From: an uncultured Actinomycetota bacterium
Lineage (GTDB): Bacteria; Actinomycetota; Actinomycetes; CAVWCF01
Assembly: GCA_963753435.1 (NCBI GenBank)
Contig: CAVWCF010000001.1
Location: 864,001 to 928,000, forward strand
Direction of reading: 5' to 3'
Length of the DNA: 64,000 nucleotides
The notes beneath the pieces are model-generated. The model did not search any database and was not told the DNA's origin. It was given only the letters and a program-made list of their open reading frames with translations. The position numbers and the translations under genes were made by a program. Shown here piece by piece: positions 36,244 through 46,152 of this stretch (the stretch's first letter is position 1; each line of letters begins with the position of its first letter).

Positions 36244-39200
36244 CTACTCCACGGCCGATCGAAGGACACGCAGCCCGACCGACAGCGGAGCCAGGCCTTC
36301 GCCTTCGGTAGTGGTGGAGATCTCCTGGAGCATGTCCACCAGTCGACCAACCGAGTCGACGTGCCGCTCCTCCCACTTGCCCAGTCGTTCCTCCGGCGGG
36401 TCGTCGGCCGGAGTTTCCGCGGCGATCCCTCGGGTGAGAGCCCGGTGGGCCGCGTACAGGTCGTCACGCAAGGACATTCGCGCCATCGCCTGCCAGCGGT
36501 CGTTGCGTGGCAGGGCGGTTATCCGCAGCAGGAGCGCGTCTACGGACATTCGTTCCGAAACAACGAAGTACAGGGCCGCGACCGAGGTCGCGTCTTCGCC
36601 CAGATCCGCCGCGATATCGGCGATGTCCAGCAGACCGAACACGTCCAGCAGCACGGACGTCCGCACGGCCAGGTCCTCCGGAAGCCCGATCTCGGCCAAC
36701 TCATTGGCCCGCCGTTCCATGCGGTCCCGCTCGCCGCCCTGCAGCAAGTCCGGGATGCTCGGGATCAGCGCCTGGACGGTGGGTGCGTAGCGCTCGATCA
36801 AACCGGTGATGTCGGCCAGGCCGCCCGGCTGGCCGATCAGCCAGCGGACGGAGCGGTCCAATAGCCGACGCATCTCCAACAGCGTTGCCACCTGGGCCTG
36901 TGTCGGTACGCGGTTGTCCAGCGACTCGACCTCCGCGTACAGCTGCGGCAGACCGAATACTTCACGGGCCACGGTGAAGGCCCTCGCGACCGACTCGTAG
37001 TCCGAGCCGGACTCTTCGACGGCACGGAAGGCGAATGTGATTCCACCGCGATCGACAAGATCGCCGGCAAGGGTGGTGGCGATGATCTCCCGGCGCAGCG
37101 GGTGCGTTTCGATCCAGTCCCCGAAGCGCTCCGCGACCGGGTCGGGGAAGTACTCCCGCAGCCTTCGGGAGAACCAGGGGTCCTCCGGCAGGGCGGAATC
37201 CGTGAAATGCCGCGTCAGATCGTTCTTGCTGTAGGCCACGAGGACGCAGAACTCCGGCGAGGTCAGGCCCTCCCCGGCCACCAACCGCCGCGCGATCTCT
37301 TCGTCATCGGGCAGGCCCTCCAGCGCCCGGTCCAGCCGCCCTCTCGATTCCAGCGCCTGAATCAGGCGTTGGTGGACCGGCAACAGAGCTGCCGCCTGCG
37401 AGCGGGCATTGCCCAGGAGCACGTTCTGCTCATAGTTGTTGCGCAGCACCAGCGAAGCCACCTGATCAGTCACCTCGACCAGCACGGCGTTGCGCTGCTT
37501 GACGGTCAGATCGCCGGCCGCGACCACCCGGTCCAGCAGGATCTTCAGGTTCACCTCATGGTCGGAGGTGTCTACGCCGGCGCTGTTGTCAATGGCGTCG
37601 GTGTTCAGCCGGACCCCATGCTGTGCCGCCTCGATCCGCCCCGCCTGGGTCATGCCGAGGTTGCCGCCTTCCCCCACGACCATGCAGCGGAGTTCCCGTC
37701 CGTTGATGCGAACCGAGTCGTTGGTCTTGTCCCCGACGTCGACGGCGCTCTCGGTGGTTGCCTTCACGAAGGTGCCGACTCCCCCGTTGAACAGCAGATC
37801 CACCGGCGCCCGCAGGATGGCTCGGACGACATCGTCGGGCGTCAACGGTCCCTCGGATTCAAGTCCCAGGGCGATGCGCGCCTCGTTGCTCAGCGGGATC
37901 TTCTTGACCGTCCGCTCCCAGACACCGCCTCCGGGCGAAAGCACTTCGGGGTTGTAGTCGGCCCAGCTGGATCGGGCGAGGTCGAACAGTCGCCGCCGCT
38001 CCGCGTAGCTGGCTGCCGGATCGGGGTTGGGGTCCACGAACACGTGTCGGTGATCGAACGCCGCAACCAGTCGGATGTGCTCGCTGAGCAACATCCCGTT
38101 GCCGAACACATCCCCGGACATGTCACCGATCCCAACCGCGTCGATGCTCTGCGACTGAACGTCTACGCCCACCTCGCGGAAGTGCCTCTTGACCGACTCC
38201 CAGGCGCCCCGCGCGGTGATCCCCATCGCCTTGTGGTCGTAACCGTCCGAGCCGCCAGAGGCGAACGCGTCGCCCAACCAGAAGCCGTACGAAATGGCCA
38301 GTTCGTTGGCGATGTCGGAGAAGGTCGCGGTGCCCTTGTCCGCCGCAACCACCAGATACGGGTCGTCACCGTCATGGCGGACGACCCGATCCGGTGCCAC
38401 GACCAAGCCGTCGACGTAGTTGTCGGTCACATCGAGCATGGCTGAGATGAAGCACTGGTAGGCGGCAACGCCCTCGGCCCGGTATGCCTCGCGGTCTTCG
38501 GGGTCCGGTAGGCGACGTGGCACGAACCCGCCCTTGGCGCCAACAGGCACGATTACCGCGTTCTTGACCTCCTGCGCCTTGACCAGTCCCAGCACCTCGG
38601 TGCGGAAGTCCTCCTTGCGGTCCGACCAGCGCAGACCGCCGCGCGCCACCGCCCCGAACCGCAGATGGACCCCTTCAACGCGCGGACTGTGGACCCAGAT
38701 TTCGACGGCCGGGCGCGGCTCGGGGACGTTCGGCAGGGCGCGCGGATCGAGTTTGACCGACAGGAACGGCCGCGGCTGACCGGCCTCATCGCGAACGTAG
38801 TAGTTGGTACGCAGGGTCGCGTTGATGCCGTTGAGCAAACCGCGCAGGATTCGATCGATGTCGAGGCTCAAGACCGCGTCCAGCGCCGCCTCGACCTCGG
38901 CGTTGGCAGCCGTCAAAGCGCTGTCGCGGTCTGCGGCGAAGTCGGGATCGAAGCGCGCCTCGAACAACCGGACCGACGCAGCGACGATGTCGGGGTGGGT
39001 GACCATGACCTCTTCGATGTAGTCCGGGCTGAACAGCGCCTGGACCTGACGCATGTAGCGCGCGAAGGCGCGAATCAACGTCACCTGCCGCCATGAGAGC
39101 CCAGCGGCCAGGACCAGGGCGTTGAGCCCGTCAGAGTCGGCCTTTCCGGCCCAGACAGCGCCGAATGCCTCCTCGAAGCGCACGTTCGTCTGGGCGTCCG

Positions 39201-41100
39201 GGGTTGCGCCGGCGGGCAGGTTCAGGCCGAAGTCGTAAACGTAGGCGGTATCCGCGTCGCTGCGTTCGATCTCGTACGGGCGCTCGTCGACGACTTCCAC
39301 GCCGAGGTGCTGCAGAACCGGCAACACGTCCGAGACGCTCAACGGCGGGCCAGTCCGATAGACCTTGAACCGACGCTCCTGCACTGCGGCCCCGAGGGGC
39401 TCGTACATGTTCACAGCCATGCCGACTTCGGGCAGTTCCTCCAGATGCCGGATGTCGACGGCGCCGACGCGGGCCGGGAAGTCCTCCTTGTACGCCTCTG
39501 GGAAGGCGTCCCCGTACCGAGCCGAGAGCGGCCCGGCATGTTCCTCACCGAACTCCTCCACCAGCGCGGCCAGGAAGTGGTCGCCCCAAGTGCGCGTCTC
39601 TTCAACCATGAGACGCTGCAACTCCTCGGTGTCCACCTCCGGGATGCCGACGCTCTGGTCCACGCGTACAACGAAGTGCAGCCGTGCGCTCACCGATTCG
39701 CCGACCCTGGTCGTGTAGTCCAACTCGGTGCCGCGGTACGCCTCCATCAGCAGCCGGCCGATGGCCAGGCGCACTGGAGTCGTGTACCGATCCCGGGGCA
39801 GGTAGACGAGTGCCGAAACGAATCGCCCGTACACGTCCTCACGCACATACAGCCGGGTGGTCCGCCGTTGCCGAGAGTTCTGAACCTGCAACATGATCGG
39901 TAGCAGCTCGTCCACGGAGGCCTGGAACATCTCATCCCGCGGATGGGTCTCTACTACCTGCTCGAGTTCGCGTGCCGAGTGGCCACCCGGCGGGAACCCC
40001 GAGCGGTGCAGCAGTTCCATCGCCTTGCGCCGGACCACGGGGATGTGCCGCACGCTTTCGGTGTACGCCGATGACGTGTACAAGCCCAGGAAACGGCGCT
40101 CCCCGATGACGCGGCCATCGCCGTCGAACTGTTTGACGCCGACATAGTCCAGGTAGCTGGAGCGGTGCACGGTGGAACGCCGGTTCGCCTTGGTGAGGAT
40201 GAGCAGGTTCGGCTCGTAGGCCATCTGCCGGATCCGCACCGGCAGTCGTGCGAACGCTGACTGTCCGATGGGATCGTCGCGCAGCACCCCCAGCCCGCTG
40301 CCGGGGACCGCGTTCAACTCGATGTCGTTTGCGGTTCCGGACAATGCGTACTCGCGATAGCCAACAAAGGTGAAGTGGCCCTCGGCCAGCCAGTTGAGCA
40401 GTTCCCACGCCTCGGCCACCTCAGCATCAGGGATTCCGGCAGGGGGCTTGGCGGTCAGGTCGTCGGCCGCGCGGCGAGCGGCCGCGATCATCTTCGGCCA
40501 GTCCTCTACCGATTCGCGGACGTCCCGGAGCACAGCTCGAAGGCGCTGCGCCAACTCCTCAAGGGCCGCTACGGAGCCTTCCCGGTCGATCTCGATGTGC
40601 ATCCAAGACTCACGATGCGTCGTCTGCGTCGCGGATTCCTCATCCACCAGCCCCTGCATGCGACCGGTGACATCGCGATCCACGAGGACCTGCGGGTGAA
40701 TCACCAGATGCACGCTGCGTCCGTCGAGCGCCAGCAGTCCGGTGACGGAGTCCACCAAGAACGGCATGTCGTCGGTTACGACCTCGACGATGGTGTGCGG
40801 GCTGGACCAGCCCTGCTCCTCAACCGTTGGGTTGAACGCCCTTAACGCGGCACGGCCCTCGGGTCGTTCGGCCGCGAGTTGCCGGTGGCTCAGTGCCGCG
40901 CCGGCGACGTCCGCTGGGTCTCGACCCAACAGGTCGTCCGGAAGCACGTACCGGTAGTACTCCTGAATCAGGGCGAGGACGTCCTCTCCCTCCCCGTGCA
41001 GCGACCCGCGCCCACGGACTGCGCTGGCGGCGGCGCGCGACAACAACTCGGTCTTGGCCGATTCCGCGGTGGGGGTGACCCGGAGGGGCGTGCTAGTCAT
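36244..41100 (-). CDS. gdhB: Large NAD-specific glutamate dehydrogenase
   Basis: 1618 aa; DDMPFLVDS, ARGGLRWSDR, VAADKGTATFSD, GYDHK, GIGDMSGDVFGNG, DAIDNSAGV. Confidence 0.97.
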   Translation of the reverse strand: MTSTPLRVTPTAESAKTELLSRAAASAVRGRGSLHGEGEDVLALIQEYYRYVLPDDLLGRDPADVAGAALSHRQLAAERPEGRAALRAFNPTVEEQGWSSPHTIVEVVTDDMPFLVDSVTGLLALDGRSVHLVIHPQVLVDRDVTGRMQGLVDEESATQTTHRESWMHIEIDREGSVAALEELAQRLRAVLRDVRESVEDWPKMIAAARRAADDLTAKPPAGIPDAEVAEAWELLNWLAEGHFTFVGYREYALSGTANDIELNAVPGSGLGVLRDDPIGQSAFARLPVRIRQMAYEPNLLILTKANRRSTVHRSSYLDYVGVKQFDGDGRVIGERRFLGLYTSSAYTESVRHIPVVRRKAMELLHRSGFPPGGHSARELEQVVETHPRDEMFQASVDELLPIMLQVQNSRQRRTTRLYVREDVYGRFVSALVYLPRDRYTTPVRLAIGRLLMEAYRGTELDYTTRVGESVSARLHFVVRVDQSVGIPEVDTEELQRLMVEETRTWGDHFLAALVEEFGEEHAGPLSARYGDAFPEAYKEDFPARVGAVDIRHLEELPEVGMAVNMYEPLGAAVQERRFKVYRTGPPLSVSDVLPVLQHLGVEVVDERPYEIERSDADTAYVYDFGLNLPAGATPDAQTNVRFEEAFGAVWAGKADSDGLNALVLAAGLSWRQVTLIRAFARYMRQVQALFSPDYIEEVMVTHPDIVAASVRLFEARFDPDFAADRDSALTAANAEVEAALDAVLSLDIDRILRGLLNGINATLRTNYYVRDEAGQPRPFLSVKLDPRALPNVPEPRPAVEIWVHSPRVEGVHLRFGAVARGGLRWSDRKEDFRTEVLGLVKAQEVKNAVIVPVGAKGGFVPRRLPDPEDREAYRAEGVAAYQCFISAMLDVTDNYVDGLVVAPDRVVRHDGDDPYLVVAADKGTATFSDIANELAISYGFWLGDAFASGGSDGYDHKAMGITARGAWESVKRHFREVGVDVQSQSIDAVGIGDMSGDVFGNGMLLSEHIRLVAAFDHRHVFVDPNPDPAASYAERRRLFDLARSSWADYNPEVLSPGGGVWERTVKKIPLSNEARIALGLESEGPLTPDDVVRAILRAPVDLLFNGGVGTFVKATTESAVDVGDKTNDSVRINGRELRCMVVGEGGNLGMTQAGRIEAAQHGVRLNTDAIDNSAGVDTSDHEVNLKILLDRVVAAGDLTVKQRNAVLVEVTDQVASLVLRNNYEQNVLLGNARSQAAALLPVHQRLIQALESRGRLDRALEGLPDDEEIARRLVAGEGLTSPEFCVLVAYSKNDLTRHFTDSALPEDPWFSRRLREYFPDPVAERFGDWIETHPLRREIIATTLAGDLVDRGGITFAFRAVEESGSDYESVARAFTVAREVFGLPQLYAEVESLDNRVPTQAQVATLLEMRRLLDRSVRWLIGQPGGLADITGLIERYAPTVQALIPSIPDLLQGGERDRMERRANELAEIGLPEDLAVRTSVLLDVFGLLDIADIAADLGEDATSVAALYFVVSERMSVDALLLRITALPRNDRWQAMARMSLRDDLYAAHRALTRGIAAETPADDPPEERLGKWEERHVDSVGRLVDMLQEISTTTEGEGLAPLSVGLRVLRSAVE

Positions 41101-42730
41101 TCGATCCCCGCATGTGCGGGTAGTCGTGGGACCTTGGCGGATCCAGGGTCTCCTTTATCGACCTCGTCGAAGTCCACCTGATCAGGTTCTGCACCGACCC
41201 CGCCTTGTCATTGGTCCCGGAGGCGCGCGCACCACCGAACGGCTGCTGACCGACGACCGCACCCGTCGGCTTGTCGTTCACGTAGAAGTTGCCCGCCGCG
41301 AAGCGCAGCACATCGGTCGCCTGGGCGATCGCGGCCGCATCTCGCGCAATCACCGCACCCGTGAGCGCGTACGGCGCCACCGACTCCAGCTGCCGCATCA
41401 TCGGCTCCCAGTCCGCGTCGGGATAGACGAAAACGGTGAGCAGGGGTCCGAAGTACTCGGTTGCGAACATCTCGTCAGCGGGATCATCGGACACCACCAC
41501 TGTTGGTCTGATGAACCATCCGGCCGAGTCGTCGTACTTACCACCGGCGACGACGTTCAGGCCAGCCGTGGCATGCGCGCGATCGATCGCTGCAGTGATC
41601 TTGGCGAACGCCCCGGCATCAATCACGGCCGACGTGAAGTTCGACAGGTCGGTCACCGGACCAACGGAGAGATCGTCCACCTGCTCCACGAAGTCGCTAC
41701 GCATCTGCGACCACAAGGAAGCCGGTATGTAGGCGCGTGAAGCGGCCGAGCACTTCTGCCCGGAGTACTCAAAGGCGCCGCGGATCAAGGCCGTGCGCAG
41801 TACCGCGGGATCGGCACTCGGATGGGCAAGCACGAAGTCCTTGCCGCCGGTTTCACCTACGAGGCGCGGGTAGGTGCGGTAGGAGGAGATGTTGGAACCC
41901 ACAGTTGCCCAGAGCCGCTGGAAAACCGCCGTCGATCCGGTGAAGTGGATACCGGCCAGATCGGGATCGGCGAGGGCGACCTCGGACACCGCAAGGCCGT
42001 CTCCAGTCACCAGGTTGATCACGCCGTCCGGCAGCCCGGCCTCGCGTAGTAGCCGCATCGTGAAGTGAGCTGCGAACTGCTGAGTGTGCGCTGGCTTCCA
42101 GACCACGGTGTTGCCCATGAGCGCAGGTGCCGTCGGCAGGTTGGCGGCGATGGCGGTGAAGTTGAACGGCGTGATCGCATATACGAATCCCTCTAGGGGT
42201 CTGTGATCGGACCGATTCCAGACCCCGGGGGAACTCAACGGTTGCTCGGCCAGAATTTGCTCGGCGAAGGCAACGTTGAAACGCCAGAAGTCGATCAGTT
42301 CACACGCCGCGTCGATCTCGGCCTGCTGCACTGTCTTGCTCTGCCCAAGCATGGTCGCGGCATTCAACGTTGCGCGCCACGGCCCGGCGAGCAGATCCGC
42401 CGCACGCAACAGCACACCGGCGCGATCCGCAAACGACATCGACCGCCACATCGGTGCCGCCGACTTGGCCGCGGCCACCGCGGCCGCGGCATCGGACTGA
42501 GTCGCCTTGTTCAGCCGACCCAGTACCTCGGCGTGAGCATGGGGCTGGACCACGTCAATCGGTTCGCCGCCGCCGAGTCGCTCGACACCGTCGATGGTGC
42601 ACGGCAAGTCGATGGGATCGGCCGCCAGTTCGGTGAGCCTGTCGACCAATTCCGTCCGTTCCGGCGCGCCGGGCGCGTACGTAAGAACGGGCTCGTTCCG
42701 AGGCACCGGAACCCGGGTTACCGCGTCCAC
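41093..42730 (-). CDS. pruA: L-glutamate gamma-semialdehyde (P5C) dehydrogenase
   Basis: MDAVTRVP.P.NEP, AEIDAACE, FTGST, GETGGK, YSGQKCSA, EYFGP, SGTNDKAG. Start is 42730 or 42739. Confidence 0.95.
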   Translation of the reverse strand: MDAVTRVPVPRNEPVLTYAPGAPERTELVDRLTELAADPIDLPCTIDGVERLGGGEPIDVVQPHAHAEVLGRLNKATQSDAAAAVAAAKSAAPMWRSMSFADRAGVLLRAADLLAGPWRATLNAATMLGQSKTVQQAEIDAACELIDFWRFNVAFAEQILAEQPLSSPGVWNRSDHRPLEGFVYAITPFNFTAIAANLPTAPALMGNTVVWKPAHTQQFAAHFTMRLLREAGLPDGVINLVTGDGLAVSEVALADPDLAGIHFTGSTAVFQRLWATVGSNISSYRTYPRLVGETGGKDFVLAHPSADPAVLRTALIRGAFEYSGQKCSAASRAYIPASLWSQMRSDFVEQVDDLSVGPVTDLSNFTSAVIDAGAFAKITAAIDRAHATAGLNVVAGGKYDDSAGWFIRPTVVVSDDPADEMFATEYFGPLLTVFVYPDADWEPMMRQLESVAPYALTGAVIARDAAAIAQATDVLRFAAGNFYVNDKPTGAVVGQQPFGGARASGTNDKAGSVQNLIRWTSTRSIKETLDPPRSHDYPHMRGSND

Positions 42731-42743
42731 ATCCCCCATGGTG

Positions 42744-43193
42744 TCACTCGTTGGTCGCGGCGGTCCCGAACCTCGCCAGAAGATCCGCCGCCTCCCCGGC
42801 GGCGAACCAGAGGAGGTGCCCGAGCGGGTCCGGTTCCGCGGCGTCGGGGTCATCGGCATGAACCGCCGCCACAGCCGACCAGGCGATCGGGCTGGTCACT
42901 TGGACCCGGCCGGTGTCTGCGGCGAGGGAGGCCACTTCCGCATCCGCGCAGTCGACTGAGACCACGATCCTCGGCGTCGCCGAGCCGAGTTCGGCGACCG
43001 CAGCGCTGAACGCCGCGTACTCGGCGGCTTCGGTGTCGGTGTCAGCGTCCGACGCCTCCGCGCCGGGTTGCCCGGCGGCCCCGCGAAGATCGGCAACGGC
43101 CGCCGCGAACCCGGTGACCGGCGCCGCGATGCTCCCGGAACTGCGCCAGGACTCCAGGACGCCAACCGCGACCGGCAGGTAGACGCGCATCAT
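42744..43193 (-). CDS. Conserved hypothetical protein (DUF6912-like)
   Basis: MRVYLP, EYAA, VAAVHAD, LLWFA. Confidence 0.8.
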   Translation of the reverse strand: MMRVYLPVAVGVLESWRSSGSIAAPVTGFAAAVADLRGAAGQPGAEASDADTDTEAAEYAAFSAAVAELGSATPRIVVSVDCADAEVASLAADTGRVQVTSPIAWSAVAAVHADDPDAAEPDPLGHLLWFAAGEAADLLARFGTAATNE

Positions 43194-44155
43194 CCGGCCC
43201 AGGGAATGGTGTCGACCGTGGCCGCCGATGCGATGGCCGCTGGACTCGTCGCCAGCGACATTTCCAGGACCTCACGGCGGCGGGATGGGTCCATCATGTT
43301 GGCGCCAAGTACGGCGAGGTCGTCCGGGCCCGGAGTGACCAGCCGCACCGTGCTGCCCGCATCGCGCAGCCGGCCCGCCTCCTTGAGGAGCCGGCGGGTG
43401 ATGGAGCGACGGAAAGCTCGCTCGGCTCGTGCGCCGGTCGTAGTCGGGTTGTCCGGGCGCAGCGACGCCATCGGCGCGAACACCCAGACCTCATCCAGGC
43501 CCAGCGCTCCCAGCGTGTCGGCACTGGCACTGGACATCGTGCCGCTGTCTACATAGCGGCGCCCAGCGATCGTCACTGGGGAGAACCAGCCCGGGATCGC
43601 GCAGGACGCGCGCACAGCTTCGCTCAGCAGTGCCGGAGGTGAGCCCTCCCGCCCGAACACCGTGCGCCTTCCGGTGTCGTAGTCCATGGTCACGATCCAC
43701 GTGCGCGGTTGCGTCGGCCACGTGTCGGCCACGGCTTCGATGAGGTCGGAGACAGAATCCAGCGGTCGCCGCCCCTGGGGCAGCAAGGCGGCCAGCGCTG
43801 CGGCCGGGTGAACCCGACGTGGCTGCCGCAACGTTCGCCAGAGGAGGGGCACGGATCCGAACCCCGGCCTCGGAATGCTCGGCAACGCGCCACCCGTGGC
43901 TTCTGCGTGATCGAACGTTCGTTGCGCCAACGGCCCGGTCCGAACCGGCTGATCCTGCTCATGAGCCAACAGCTCGGAGACTTGGACACCAGAGGCCAGC
44001 AGGGCCGCCAGCACGCTGCCGGCCGACGTGCCCTGGATCGTGTCGAAGCCACCAGGGGAAAGCCCGCGCTCGGCTTCGAGCGCGGCCAGCGCGCCGATCG
44101 TCCACGCCGCACCGAGCACGCCGCCGGCACCGAGAACCAGGCCACGGACCGTCAA
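43190..44155 (-). CDS. Patatin-like phospholipase
   Basis: GAGGVLG, GTSAG, ASCAIPG, YVDSG (DGG variant); TTG start overlaps the upstream stop. Confidence 0.9.
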   Translation of the reverse strand: MTVRGLVLGAGGVLGAAWTIGALAALEAERGLSPGGFDTIQGTSAGSVLAALLASGVQVSELLAHEQDQPVRTGPLAQRTFDHAEATGGALPSIPRPGFGSVPLLWRTLRQPRRVHPAAALAALLPQGRRPLDSVSDLIEAVADTWPTQPRTWIVTMDYDTGRRTVFGREGSPPALLSEAVRASCAIPGWFSPVTIAGRRYVDSGTMSSASADTLGALGLDEVWVFAPMASLRPDNPTTTGARAERAFRRSITRRLLKEAGRLRDAGSTVRLVTPGPDDLAVLGANMMDPSRRREVLEMSLATSPAAIASAATVDTIPWAG

Positions 44156-45540
44156 CGCAGCGTCCCGAGCAGTTCGTTCATCGACTCGGTCAGGCAATCC
44201 GCCAGGACCGCCAGGTCCGGGACAGCGTCCCGGTCGGCGGTCAGCCCGAAGGAGACGTTGCCGTCGTACGACGTGCAGCCGATACCCAGGCCTTGCGCCT
44301 TGGCCAACGGCACCACCGGATATGCCGCCAGCATGCGAGCCCCAGCGGCGTAGAGCGGGAACTGCGGCCCCGGCACGTTGGTGACCAGCACGTTGTAGAT
44401 GCGGCGAGACAGGCCCGATGCGCTTCGGGCCGCCAGTCCGTGGATGGTCGACGGGGCGAATCCCGCGAGGCTGACCAACGCGTCCGCGCCGACCGCCTGT
44501 CCGGACTCCTTGTGCCCAGTCATCCGGTAGGAGATCTGCTGCAGACGCACCACCGGGTTGGGCTCACCCACCGGAAGGTCCACGAAGAGCGGCGCCACCC
44601 GGTTGCCGCCGGTTTCGTCTTCCGGACCCCGGACGCTGACCGGAACCATCGCCCGGATCGTGGTCGATGACGTCACCGGTTCACCCCGGGTCAGCATCCA
44701 GGCGCGCAGGCCCCCGGTGACAGCCGCCAGGATCACATCGTTGACGGTGCCGCCATGCTGCTTGCGGACCCGCTTGTAATCGTCGAGCAGCGTGTCCACC
44801 CGCGTGAACCGGCGCTGCCCGGAAATGGTCACGTTCCAAGAAGTCGCCGGCGCCGGCCGAGCTGCCCGACGTGCAGCCGACATGACCGCGCCGGTGTTCT
44901 TCAGCAGGCTCATCCCGGCCTGGCCGATGTCCGACGCCCCCCGTCCGACCGCATCCAGCAGCCTGGTCGGGCGCCTGGTGAACTCCCAGACCGACCCGGC
45001 CCACAGCGTCAGCGAGCCCGGGGGCGGAGTTGGCACCCAAGTGTCCGGCGGGACCTCGCGTGGATCCGGCGAGACATCCAGGATCACCTGCCCGATGTCG
45101 ATGCTGCTCACGCCGTCGACCATGGAGTGGTGGGTCTTGGTCAGGATCGCGAAGCGGTCATCGCTGAGGCCCTCGACCAGATACATCTCCCACATCGGTC
45201 GGCTGCGGTCCAAAGGCCGCGACATGATTCGCGACACCAGCTCGTCCAGTTGCTCCAGGCTGCCGGGCGCGGGCAGCGCTGACCGGCGTACGTGGAACGT
45301 GACGTCGAAGTCCTCGTCGTCCACCCACACCGGGGGCAGCAGGCCCCCCGGGACGGACTTCAGCTCCTGCCGGAAACGAGGTACGAAGGCGATGCGCTCC
45401 GAGATCAGGCCCAGCAGTTGTTCGTAGTCGAAACCCTCGGTCGGCCGTTCGAACAGCGCTACCCCGCCGATGTGCATCGGGGTCGTCTCGTCCTCCAGGT
45501 ACAGGAACGAGGCGTCCAGTGAACTGAGCCGATCCGCCAC
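44152..45540 (-). CDS. Wax ester synthase/diacylglycerol acyltransferase
   Basis: RLSSLDASFL, PMHIG, PLDRSRPMWE, HHSMVDG, TNVPGP; SD GGAGGAGG. Confidence 0.96.
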   Translation of the reverse strand: MADRLSSLDASFLYLEDETTPMHIGGVALFERPTEGFDYEQLLGLISERIAFVPRFRQELKSVPGGLLPPVWVDDEDFDVTFHVRRSALPAPGSLEQLDELVSRIMSRPLDRSRPMWEMYLVEGLSDDRFAILTKTHHSMVDGVSSIDIGQVILDVSPDPREVPPDTWVPTPPPGSLTLWAGSVWEFTRRPTRLLDAVGRGASDIGQAGMSLLKNTGAVMSAARRAARPAPATSWNVTISGQRRFTRVDTLLDDYKRVRKQHGGTVNDVILAAVTGGLRAWMLTRGEPVTSSTTIRAMVPVSVRGPEDETGGNRVAPLFVDLPVGEPNPVVRLQQISYRMTGHKESGQAVGADALVSLAGFAPSTIHGLAARSASGLSRRIYNVLVTNVPGPQFPLYAAGARMLAAYPVVPLAKAQGLGIGCTSYDGNVSFGLTADRDAVPDLAVLADCLTESMNELLGTLR

Positions 45541-45642
45541 GGCAAGCCTCCTCCGACCCCCTAAAGAATCATCGTTTCACGACTGGCGCACCCCCGCCGG
45601 GCATCTGCGCCGACGCGCCAGCGGTCCAGGTACCGTGATCGT

Positions 45643-46152
45643 GTGACCAGCGCGCCCGCTAAGCGACATCCAGTCGCCTCCACCGAACAAGCGCGCTCAG
45701 CACGGTCGGCGTGGCGATCGCGTGCGCTGCCGGCTGCCAGCGCAGCATTGGCGACGATGCTGCTGGCTACCGGTTGTGCCGCCGCCGACAACGAAGCCGG
45801 CTCAACCACACAGCCCACAACCAGTTCCAGCCCGAACGAATCCTCGACCTCCTCCACGACGCCAAGCGGGGTACCCACCGACCTGGCCCGGCCGATCCGG
45901 ATCGATGTCGCCCAGTCCGGCGGGGTCGTGACTCCCCCGCCGTCGCGAGTCGAGGTGCCGCTGGGCTCGGCGGTTGTACTCCGCGTCGGCAGCGACGTTG
46001 CCGACCAGATTCACGTCCACGGCTACGAGTTGGAGCAGGACGTCGCGGCCGGGGGCACGACCACCTTCGAGTTCACCGCTGATCAGAGTGGCCTGTTCGA
46101 GGTGGAGACACACGAGACCGCGCTGCTGTTGCTACAGCTGCAGGTGGCTTGA
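45643..46152 (+). CDS. Lipoprotein with cupredoxin-like domain
   Basis: Lipobox LATGC, Ser/Thr-rich linker, IHVHGY and FEVETH. Confidence 0.75.
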   Translation: MTSAPAKRHPVASTEQARSARSAWRSRALPAASAALATMLLATGCAAADNEAGSTTQPTTSSSPNESSTSSTTPSGVPTDLARPIRIDVAQSGGVVTPPPSRVEVPLGSAVVLRVGSDVADQIHVHGYELEQDVAAGGTTTFEFTADQSGLFEVETHETALLLLQLQVA

